The translations under genes were made by a program, and so were the position numbers. From Octopus vulgaris (Eukaryota): a DNA stretch of 64,000 bases. Positions 27,191 to 38,949 of this stretch are shown here, in pieces; the stretch's first letter is position 1, and each line of letters opens with the position of its first letter. The stretch covers positions 85,932,001 to 85,996,000 of the forward strand of contig OX597819.1 of NCBI GenBank assembly GCA_951406725.2, read 5' to 3'. The notes under the pieces are model-generated. The model saw only the letters and a program-made list of their open reading frames with translations, made no database searches and had not been told where the DNA came from.

Positions 27191-28819
27191 CAGTTGCGGC
27201 CAAAATGTTCAGAACGGCATTGTTTTCGTCAGAACAGTAGGTATAAGTTTTTATCAAAGTTGTTTTATATTCTATAATTTTCACAGACAATAAAGACAAT
27301 ATTAATTGTTATTATCTAAGATTTTCGTGTAATTTGAGAAGATAATACAAAAGTTATGGATGATTTAGTGATTTACTGCAAAACCCATGGCGGCCAAAAT
27401 GATCAGAACGGTTGAAAAAATAAAAAAATAATCAAAAATGACAGAGAATACTGGAATTATTTAATATTTAGTGTGAAGCCTTTTAGCTTCAATCACACTT
27501 TGACATCTTCAACTGTATGAGGAAATTAAATTTTCAATTTCTTGCTGGGTGATCTTATTCTATTCTTCCTGAAAGGCATTCCATATTTGCTCAGTTGTTT
27601 TAGGATTTCTGGCTTTCGAACGTTCTCTTAGAATATTCCACACATTTTAAATAGGATTGAGATCTGGGCTTTGAGCAGGCCAATCCATAACAATAACCTT
27701 TTCAGCCTTGAGGAAGTTCATGGCCACCTTAGCCTTGTGACATGGGGCATTGTCCTGCATAAATATGGGTGGTCACTTAGTTGAATTTCTTAGCACAGGC
27801 AAGACATGATTTTTTACAAGTTGTTTATAAACTCCTGCATTTAGCTTTCCACGTAATCGCACCAAAGGGCCCACACCATCTCCAGATATCATTCCCCAAA
27901 CCATGACACTTCCTCCACCGAATTTAACACTAGTCTTAAGGCATTTAGGCGGCAATTTTTCACCTCCTGTTTTACGAACGTACCTTTTCCTATCTGAGCC
28001 AAATAACATAAACTTAGATTCGTCACTGAAATGCACCGATTGCCATTTTTCTTGAGACCACAACACATGTTCGGTTGCAAAGGTAAGACGACACTTTTTA
28101 TTCTTGGAGCTGATCAGTGGCTTCACTGCAGGTGCTCTTGCTTGTAGGTCATGTTCAACTAAACGACGAGACACAGTTTTTCGAGATAAAGTTTTCTTCA
28201 GTACAATGCTCATTTCCCGAGAAACAGCAGCAGCAGTTTTAAATATGTCCTTTTTAACCAACTTTACCATAGCACGATCTTCTCTCTTGGTCGTTTTTCT
28301 TGGCCTACCTGTAGACTGTCTTGCTTCACACGAACCACAATCATCGTAGACCTTAAGAATACCGTGAACAACTCTTTTTGACTTGTTAATAATCTTTGCA
28401 ATAGACCCAATACTTAAATTATCCTTCTTTCGAAGCTTAATAATCTTTTGACGAATTGGTAACGGAGTAAGTGGCATTATATTAACAAAGTGCACTGCAG
28501 ATATTCTTACTAATGTTTAGTAAACGAACCGTCCCGTAAACAAATTCAAAACATTAGAGTTCGCCAGTTAAATATATTAAAACACGGAGTAAAAGCAACC
28601 GTTCTGATCATTTTTGCCGCCATGGGTTTTGCAGTAAATCACTAAATCATCCATAACTTTCGTATTATCCTCTCAAATTACACAAAACTCTGGGAAATTA
28701 GCAATTAATATCGTATTTATTGTCTGTGAAAATTATAGAATATATAACAACTTTGATAAAAACTTATACCTACTTATCTGACGAAAACAATGCTGTTCTG
28801 AATATTTTGGCCGCAACTG
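27191..28819 (-). mobile_element. Full-length Tc1 (DD34E) transposon with ~223-bp IR/DR-type TIRs and TA TSD
   Basis: TA|cagttgcggccaaaatgttcagaacgg at the left and its reverse complement ...ttttggccgcaactg|TA at the right. Inner direct repeats gcggccaaaatgatcagaacgg lie at ~27390-27413 and 28597-28620. Confidence 0.95.
27461..28477 (-). pseudogene. Tc1 transposase pseudogene
   Basis: GRPRKTT, FSDESKF and GGGSVMVWG are in the ORF. Reading through the stop at 27773 gives FMQDNAPCH...WPAQSPDLNPI*NVW...HTKY*, with four internal stops, one replacing the catalytic E (34 residues after the second D). Confidence 0.93.
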
Positions 28820-28918
28820 TATATATGTGCACGCAACTTTATCCTCGTAGACACATAGGTATTTGCACGCATACACATAATATAATACATATATATTTAG
28901 ATATACATATAAATATAC

Positions 28919-28968
<50 letters not shown>

Positions 28969-28973
28969 ATACG

Positions 28974-29006
<33 letters not shown>

Positions 29007-29014
29007 GTATATAT

Positions 29015-29084
29015 AACTTAGAATAACTTAGAAAGGTTTTGTCCACTATTGGTCCAGGCCATGTCTATCTTAATAGCACCACTT

Positions 29085-29090
<6 letters not shown>
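29015..29090 (-). mobile_element. 3'-terminal fragment of the CR1-type LINE family seen at 54535-58012
   Basis: Minus strand gtggtgctattaagatagacatggcctggaccaat...tctaagtt matches 57953-58011. It sits inside (TA)n. Confidence 0.8.
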
Positions 29091-29121
<31 letters not shown>

Positions 29122-29137
29122 GCATATATAAATATAC

Positions 29138-29191
<54 letters not shown>

Positions 29192-29195
29192 ATAC

Positions 29196-29530
<335 letters not shown>

Positions 29531-29556
29531 AAAAAAAAAAAAAATAATATATATAT

Positions 29557-29597
<41 letters not shown>

Positions 29598-29670
29598 GCT
29601 TACATTCACACTCCTACTTACCTGACCGTTAGGAAGGAGAGACATACAAATAAGAAAGAAGAAACCAAAG

Positions 29671-29714
29671 GACCACTGACGAGGTCACAGGAGTGTGACG
29701 AAAGAACTCTGGCC
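29671..29714 (+). ncRNA. Minimal type I hammerhead ribozyme
   Basis: gacca-CTGACGA-g-GTCAC-aggagt-GTGAC-GAAA-gaac-TC-tggcc: intact core, 5-bp stem II, CUC triplet and near-palindromic stem III. Confidence 0.75.
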
Positions 29715-31344
29715 GAAAGAAGATTAAGATTAATGTAAAAAATGAATAACTCTGAAGCAAAGTAACACCGAATATATAGTGCGTGTTTTTATTGGCTAAA
29801 CTGGCAAAATGACCATTCCTAAATGCAACAATATCCGTTTGAACACACGATTTCACATGAAATTCTGGCAAAACAAATATATAAACGTAATTATTATTAT
29901 TATTATTATTATTATAGATGGTCTACAATAAAAATATAAACATAAAGATCTTCTATAGAAACTATAACCAGCACTGATTTTGCTACCACGTTTCGCATCG
30001 AGACGTCAGAGACGAATGAGATTTGAGACCAAAGTGTATAATTGGTGTATATGCCATACATCAGAGATTGTTGCCCCTTCATCAGCATGCATCTAACTCA
30101 TTTCTATATTTTGAACACATTGGTTATATAGCTAACCGCATACAGCAGTGTTGTTATTGGATATATCAATTTACATATTAGACGCATTCATGGCACTGTT
30201 TTGTAAACATTAAAGAGGCAACAGAAGGATCCTGCCTCTCAAGGGCCGTAGATTACAGAGTCACCCTTACACGATCAGATAGCGTACTAAGCACTATATG
30301 CGTATGCCAGCTAATGACTTTAAGGGAAGATACTCCTTGTATATGCTCTCGTTTTCTCTGGAGACTCCGTGAGCTCCGAGACGAAACACCCAACATCAAG
30401 TAGACTAACGTCAGAAAAGCGTCACTATATTCACCGGGCACCCCCAACAGCCAGCTCAGGTTCCCCGAAAAACTGTATGTGCTCCAACAACCCGCAGGAT
30501 CCATCAACAAGAAATACGATTTATCTTATTGCAGTCAACAGAGGTATGCCCTTCTTGCAGATTTCAAGCCTCTGCCTTCGACAACCCGGATATGCCATAG
30601 TACTAGCTACTACTCTACACCACCTGCACCAAGGATACCGCCACCAACCCCCCATGAGCAGGAGCGCCAATCTCCAAGGCTTATGCGCATGTATATTCAT
30701 GCATGCGTGCGCTTGCGTGTGTACATGCACACTGGTATGCATGCGTACATGAGTGCATGCATGCGTATATATATGTGTACATATAAGTGAATGTACCTAT
30801 AAATGTATATATAAATGAATACGCATGTGTGTACGTACATGTGTATGTATGTGTATGTATGCATGTGTAAAGGTGTGTGCGCACGCATGTTCATTCATAT
30901 ATGTGTTTGTGTGTGTGTGGGGGGGACATACAGGTGTACGACTTGTAAAGATGCGCACGCTTGCGCCAATATAGGCATGCACGCAAAACCATATGAGTGC
31001 GTCTACACCCACGTATACAAATATATACTTGCACATACCTTCCTACTTCCTTTCCAAAAACTTGACCGATTTTCTGTCCAGCACGCACTCGATTTCTTAC
31101 CATGCTGTATTTTCCAACTAACTGTTACCGATAGACGAACATCAAACAACGACACCGCATGATATTCCTTGACCAATAGCATCCTACTTTACTTGCGTCA
31201 TTCAAATGCAAACAGGCTGAAGACTAGCATTACGCTACCAACGAATTTGAATCACCAAGACTACGAGCAAATTTGAATCAAACTGTTTCGTTCCATACAT
31301 GTAACCCTAATAAATTTGTTGAGTGCCCTCATTCGGATATATAC

Positions 31345-31408
<64 letters not shown>

Positions 31409-31689
31409 ATAAATATTAGGGAATAAATCCAAATTTACAGGGAAAAATCAGATTTAGGATTGAATCCAATTTTATAGTAAAATATAATATAATATTAATT
31501 AGAGACAAGACCACTATTATGCAAATCAAACAAAGAAAGACTTAATCCAATACATAAAAAATTTTATATAAATTAAATATAATTATATTTAATTTATATA
31601 AAATTATATATATATATATATATATATATGGTATGTATGCATGTATGTATGTGCGTAAATGTATGTGTAGATATGTGTCAATATTTGTG

Positions 31690-31895
31690 TGTCAGTGTTT
31701 GTTCCCACAACATCGCTTGACAAACGATGCTGGTGTGTTTACGTCCCCCGTAACTTAGTGGTTTAGCCAAAGAGACCAATAGAATAAGTACTAGGCTTAC
31801 AAAGAATAAGCTCTGGGGTCGATTTCTTCGACAAAAGACAGTGCTCCAGCACGGCCGTAGTCAAATGACTGAAACAAATAAAAAGCGTAAAGAGT
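31690..31895 (+). mobile_element. 3' half of a SINE (same family as 51514-51922)
   Basis: gatgctggtgtgtttacgtccccgtaacttag...aagagaccaatagaataagtact...gtcaaatgactgaaacaa matches 51749-51900. Confidence 0.85.
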
Positions 31896-31955
31896 AATAT
31901 ATATATATATAGATCAATAAATGGTGGGGTTGTGTCGACCGCACGTGGAGAAATG

Positions 31956-32163
31956 ATAAGCAAGGAAAAATTGTAAAAATGCAGAATGCTAAATTGAAAG
32001 AAAATTTTAATGAAATGAGAAATTGATAAAATATATAAATATATATTTATTTATATATTTTTATATATAAAAATATATATTTATATATTTTATCAATTTC
32101 TCATTTCATTAAAATTTTCTTTCAATTTAGCATTCTGCATTTTTACAATTTTTCCTTGCTTAT
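31956..32163. repeat. Near-perfect ~208-bp foldback adjacent to (TA)n
   Basis: ataagcaaggaaaaattgtaaaaatgcagaatgc... is mirrored as ...gcattctgcatttttacaatttttccttgcttat, with an AT-rich centre. Confidence 0.9.
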
Positions 32164-32184
32164 ATATATATATATATATATATA

Positions 32185-32495
32185 GAATGAGATAAAAATC
32201 CAAGGGTGTGAAAGATTTTAGAAAATTTATAAATAGGTCTTATAGCTATTTCCGGGATATTTTATATATCCTTTCATTGGAGACGGTGTGAGAAAATGGT
32301 TAACCGATAGTTATTTTAGATAAGATATGAAGTGAAAACCGAATTGAAGGAATGAAAATAGACGTGAGATATACAAGGATATTGCATCTGTAGATCCATT
32401 ATTAGTTGGACTCTTTATTCGCATAATCACCGAACCTGGAGTTTAACTATAGTCTGTCCATAGCACGTCTTATTGACACCATAACACCCCCTCTC

Positions 32496-32500
<5 letters not shown>
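32185..32500 (-). mobile_element. (TA)n-flanked element with decayed hammerhead motif
   Basis: The minus strand of 32237-32284 reads gtct-CCAATGA-a-aggatat...atatccc-g-GAAA-TAGCTA-TA-agac. Same HHR type as the elements at 10329 and 21310. Confidence 0.65.
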
Positions 32501-32530
<30 letters not shown>

Positions 32531-32770
32531 GAAATGAGGTATTCAGAAATTCGGATGGTTTTATATTATTTACAGATATTTATTTGTATATTACATGTTT
32601 TTATACATCATATAACTTAGATCATATATTAGCGCTTTCTCCCATTCTAGTGGGGTTTTCAAATCGAACTAAGTTCCTGTGAAAAAGTTTTGACCATTTT
32701 ATAGAGTTATTGAGTGTGTAGTGGTGGGGAGGGACATAAGAGAGTATAAGAGGGTGATGAATGGGGAGAA

Positions 32771-32831
<61 letters not shown>

Positions 32832-33172
32832 ATGTGTGTGTGTGTGTGCGCGTGTGTGTGTTTGTATTTGGAAAAAGTGTTAAAGAAAAAGAGGGGAAGG
32901 GAGAAAAGGGAGAGAGGGAAGAAGAAACAATTGTTTTGCTGGTTAGTTGGTCAGGATGTTTACTCCAAGGGGGGTCTAAGATCCTGGTGAAAAGAATTAA
33001 AAGTTTTGACCATTTTATAGTGTTATATAGTGTTACTTTATATCCATACATGTACATTTTTCTATTACATGTATTTAATATTCTATGTAAATCTAGTACC
33101 ATATCTTGCTTCTCATTACATTTACACAGCTACGCACACACACACACACACACACACATGTAGCTGAGTGAG

Positions 33173-33224
<52 letters not shown>

Positions 33225-33944
33225 GCTCAGTGAGTGTGTGTATGTATATATATATATATATATATATATTTTTATGTATGTATGTAATATAATGTATATA
33301 TGTTTGTGCCTGTATGTACTTATACATACATCACATTTTGTTCTGGAAATTCTATCATTTTGGTGAGGGATAAAAAAATGTGTGGATGCTCCAATGTTTA
33401 TATTCTTATCGTGGTTAGCTAGTATCCCAGTGCAAATTTACACTCATTAGTGTTAGAAAAGAAAATCTCACTTTAGGGTTTTCGTTGGTGTCCAGATGGA
33501 GAGAAGTCTCCAGTATAGTTATTTCATTTTAGTTAAGCAGAGCTTTCGTATACTGCTGCTGTTAAAGTAATGTTTAAACCTTTCCAGCATACTGCACTTG
33601 ATGATATATTGCGGAGTCTTTTCCTTCAAGGTCCTTACACGCTTCACTAGAGATTTGGCATAATCCGAAACCTGAAACAGGCTAGCTATTTCTAGAGAAG
33701 TAAGAGAGTATATTATTTATTGCTTTTATAATAAACACATACATGCGCGCACACATACACACACACAAAGAAGGAGAGAGAAACAAAAAAAGTAGAAGAC
33801 TTCAAACAAATACAAATATTTAATTGACTATTTTATAAATTGCACTCATTTATATGTGCTTTCGCTGGATCTTATTTAAATGCTTCGGCATTACGGTGCT
33901 TCTTTTGTCTAGTATTGACTTTTTCGGCTTTTATGTTACAAATA

Positions 33945-33956
33945 TATCTATATCTA

Positions 33957-34055
<99 letters not shown>

Positions 34056-34135
34056 ATATATATATATATATATATATGTAGATAGATATATATTATGTAT
34101 GTATGTATGTATGTATGTATATGTATATGTATATG

Positions 34136-34168
<33 letters not shown>

Positions 34169-34217
34169 ATGTATATATATATGTATGTATGTATATATAC
34201 ATACATATATATATATA

Positions 34218-34250
<33 letters not shown>

Positions 34251-34346
34251 TACATAAATATATACATATATACATACATACATACATACATACATACATA
34301 CATACATACATACATACATACATACATACATACATACATACATACA

Positions 34347-34381
<35 letters not shown>

Positions 34382-34390
34382 GTATATATA
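33945..34390. repeat. Compound (TATC)n/(TA)n/(TACA)n microsatellite
   Basis: Direct inspection. Confidence 0.95.
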
Positions 34391-34603
34391 CAAACAAACA
34401 CAAACGCACATGCTTATTCATATGACATTTCAAGCACTACAAGTGTCACTTTCCAATTTAAAAAATCGTGACATTACGACGCATATGAATTCGAAATTCG
34501 AAAGACACGCAACGAGTGTTCTAATTGTATTGATGACGAATATATCTACTTTGCTATATATTCTGGAAAATGTTAACTTCAAATATAGTTCTACGAATCA
34601 CAT

Positions 34604-34691
<88 letters not shown>

Positions 34692-35018
34692 ACACACACG
34701 TTGATAGGTAATTGATTTCCTAAATCATGTTATATTAAAAAAATTCGACTATGCTTTATTAGTGATGTGATCTGTTTTGTTGCAGAAACTTAATATTTCA
34801 TTAATATTTTTGTTATATTTTGTTTCGAACAATAATGTTCAGAATTCTGAGAATTATGTCTATCTGAGAATTATGTTCATTAATGTATCTTCCTGTTTAT
34901 CAATGTATCTTCCTATAGGAAAATGATACATAAGCAGATATGAAAACTCCTTTATAAAAATTACCACAAGGAACACATTCGTGATTTGATTATATATATA
35001 CATATGTGTGTGTGAGAG

Positions 35019-35067
<49 letters not shown>

Positions 35068-35120
35068 GTACATATAGATATAATGTACACACACACATAT
35101 ATCTATATATATATATAGAC

Positions 35121-35812
35121 ATACAAATATTTTATGATTATAAACATAATTATAATTAGCGGGGTTCAGCGGATTGCTTCACCACATATCGAATTTAGAA
35201 ATAGGAGTTGAAAATTCCTTTTCTGCTACCGTAAGAATCTCCCAGTCAGTAATACACTCTTTTACGTATGCAAAGAGAAAAATAATGAATCAACACGACT
35301 CCGAGTAGCCACAGACGCGTTTCGAGATTAACGTATTTAATTTACTTCTCGTCATCAGTATAGCATTTCCATTATAAAATTTGAAAGTACTTGGGCTAAA
35401 TACAAACACGATCGAGCGACGTCATGCAAAAGATATCCAGCCAACACTTTCAAAATTTACACAGTGAATGTGAATACATATTTATCCCTTGTACCCACGT
35501 GTATGTTATGAGTTGTACCGCAAAAAACAAAAGTATTCGATCAGGGAGTAGATTATAATTTAAAATTAATAATAAAAGGGTAAAATTAATTAATTAATCA
35601 ATCAATTAACTAATAATTTTACCAAGTAGATCGGTATGTTAAAATAACCTTTATAGGTAAAATTATACAAATATTTTATAATTAGAAACATAATTATAAT
35701 TAGGGGTCAGCTAATTGCTTCACCACATACCAAATTTAGAAATAGGAGTTAAAATTTCCTTTTCTACTGCCGTAAGAATCTCTCAGACAGTAACGCACTC
35801 TCTTACGTAGGC
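35121..35812 (-). mobile_element. Retrozyme-like element, 1.3 units of a 544-bp monomer with a hammerhead
   Basis: 35121-35272 is repeated at 35665-35812 (period 544). It is flanked by (TA)n and shares motifs (gggtaaaattaattaatt, accaagt, ttagaaatag) with the 545-bp array unit. Confidence 0.8.
35308..35364 (-). ncRNA. Type I hammerhead ribozyme
   Basis: Minus strand reads gctata-CTGATGA-c-GAGA...TCTC-GAAA-CGCG-TC-tgtggc (6-bp stem I with G-U pairs, GUC triplet). Confidence 0.8.
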
Positions 35813-35813
35813 A

Positions 35814-35886
<73 letters not shown>

Positions 35887-35889
35887 GCA

Positions 35890-36714
35890 TACACGCTGCC
35901 GCTTTGCACATCCAAACCTTAGGCAAAATAGGATACAGAGCAGTTATCACTCTCCACCTAGAAATCAGGGTAGGCACACACACACACACACCCAGAATAG
36001 TCCACACACGTCTGCACACCAACAAAAAAGAGTGCCAAAAAGCTGTACGCAAAAGCGGTGCGATCTGTAGCAGCTGAACTGCAATATTTTTAGTATTGCA
36101 CAAACGATAACGTAGCAATTATCATAGCTTCAAAGGAAATTAAGCCATGTACACCCACCCATAAGACTACCATAAGCAATGGACCCAGGATGGCTACCTC
36201 TGCCGCCTTGTCGTCAATCACATCAATTCTATTGACGAACATCAGAAGCCTTTTGCAAAACAACAGCGAGTGCAAAATTGCATACCTGGGAGAACTGTCT
36301 GCATGCAATCAAGCTATATGTATTGCACTCAGAGAAATCATCTATATGCAAACATACACGACACAGAGATACACATACCACAAAGTATACTGTGTTGCGC
36401 ACAGGCATAAAAGAGGGAAGTCAGGTGGAGTTGCGATGTACATCCTTGAAGATGTCACAGCATTTGACATTGCAATCGCATTGGAATGCGCTCTGCGATA
36501 CACTCATAGCACATATAAAGCAATTCGACCTGCTAATATGCACATTATACCGCCTACCCAAAGCCTGAAACTACGATGGCAAGTTTGAAGAATGTCTTAG
36601 AAAGCTAAAAGAAGTACTCACAAACCTAGACCAATGCCTTAATTACAGACAAGCAATATGGCTTCCGTCCTGGAGGGAGCTGCCTAACTCAGCTTCTACG
36701 GCACTTCGATTGGG

Positions 36715-36771
<57 letters not shown>

Positions 36772-37832
36772 ACCTTTGCCAAAGTCGACCGCTTGACCTC
36801 GGTATCCCTGGTACACTAGAAGAGTGACTGTATGATTTCCTGAAATGCAGAAGTTAGGCAGTCACAGGAAATAGTGCTCTCTCTGAGGTGTCAACAATCC
36901 TCATCCACACTCACCAGCTCCGCCAACGATACAAAAGTTTTGCAGGCGTTCAAGGATCCTACTTATATCCTAAGACTGCAGAATGGCCTGAACGCAATAA
37001 CTAAACAGTCAGATGAGAATGATATGCAGTTCAATGCCGCAAAATTTCAAGCACTCCGCTATCAGCCCACAACTGAAATGTACGGGACCAGCAGGCAATG
37101 TAATCCCAGAGTTAGCGTGGGTGTGCGACTTGTGAATCCACATGAGCAACGATGCAAATTTCCATGTGCACATTGCTCATATGACAACGCTATGCAGGCG
37201 GGTGGCAGGTTGAGTCCTTAGATCCTTCAGAATCAGGAACAGAGACACAATGCTTCTGCTTTGGATAACATTTGTCCTCAGTCGTCTGGACTTCTGATAT
37301 CAATTGTGGTCACCACAGAGCGTAAAGCTAATTGCGGAACAAGAGGCAATCAAACACCACTACACAAAGAAGATAGACTCAGTAAAACACCTGAGCTACT
37401 GGGAGAGGTTAAAAGAACTGGGACTCTATTCCCTGGAGAGATGTGAGAGATATGCAGTAATATAGATATAGAAGATAAAAGAAGGTCTAGCTCCAAATTT
37501 TGGTAATCGAAATCTACAACAATCCCTGAGCTGGGTGGCAGTGCACAGTACCAAAGGTCCCATCTTCTCCATCGAGGATATGGACCCAATATTGTAATAA
37601 CTTGGGATTCAAGGGATCACAATGTTTTAACGCCCTACCAAAGAACATCAGCGATCGGCGAGGTGTAGACCTAGAAGTCTTCAAAAACGTCCAGACAGCA
37701 GAGGCGGGAGACACAATGAATACCTTCAACAGAAGCAATACTGGAAAAAATTTCCGGTTATGCAGTAAAGGCGGTTCACCAGCATGGCCTCAGCCTTTGT
37801 TTGAAACCCGTAAAGGATAAAAGATAAAAAAG
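35890..37832 (+). mobile_element. Degraded, internally deleted CR1-type LINE
   Basis: APE-like KRGKSGGVAMYI, RT-like QYGFRPGGSCLTQLL (~36655) and C-terminal YCNNLGFKGSQCFNALP, with many frameshifts. Interrupted by (TA)n at 36718-36768. Confidence 0.75.
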
Positions 37833-38789
37833 ATATATCTGTAAAATTATATGTGACAATTATTCGGTAGCCAAGATAAAACTGAGTTTCGGATGCCGAG
37901 GTTAAAATCCACAACACCGACTCTCCGGTTATCTGGCCATCTGAAAAACGCTATGAAGAAAAACCGTTATACAAAGGGAAATTACTGTGTTATAGTCAGC
38001 TACTTATATAAAAGCGCCAATTCAATGATCGCTAAGGTTAAAGGTTCATAGTAGACACGTAAGTATGCCTGCTCATAAGCACACACGTGCGTACGTATAC
38101 ATCACTATGAAAACGTAAACATCTTCACGCGCATTTTTCGCCAAATGTATATGCATATATATACAAACTCACACACATACACACGCACCGTAAAAGTTCA
38201 TACATATGTCTGCATATGCACAAGCACAAGAAAAGACACGGTTAAGGGTAACAATACAGAAAAAAAGCATAAGGAAGTATACAAAGAGTAAACCACGTTC
38301 ATATACGCATATATCCTTATGCACGCACACACACGCACACGCCCATATATGTACATACCCGCACATGTTTATATACGCATACACACACACGCATGCACAA
38401 AAAAGGATTATACATACGCCCAAAAAATAAAACCGGATAAATTGTAAAAATACTGAGTAAAATCGTGTATATATATATGTATTCTTATGCCCGCACACAC
38501 GCACACATCTATATACATACATACCCGCCCACTCGTACATATTCAGACACGCATACATGTAAATCCATATACACGTCTATGTAGGCACAAGGGGAAAATG
38601 CAGGATGGAAGGAAGAGTACAGAAAAAATTATTATGTGTAAAAATATAAAAATATATGAAAAAAATATAAGGTATAATGAGATAAAAAACTTTTGCGTGG
38701 ACAAAATATTGAGGTCTCTTTCATTCTTTTGTTATCATACCGTTTTTACAAATATATATATATGTATGTATGTATGTAAGTGTTCACGC

Positions 38790-38854
<65 letters not shown>

Positions 38855-38949
38855 AAGTGCGTGAATATATGAATATATATGACTATGTGTATTTAAGTTA
38901 TGGCTTTTTCACAAGTTAATAATCCTATACACTAATTCGATGAATAATT

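Noticed and set aside
29980-30092. Minus-strand CTGATGA...GAAACGTGGTA
   Set aside because: About 80-nt spacer without a clear stem II, and stem I does not pair; not counted as a ribozyme.
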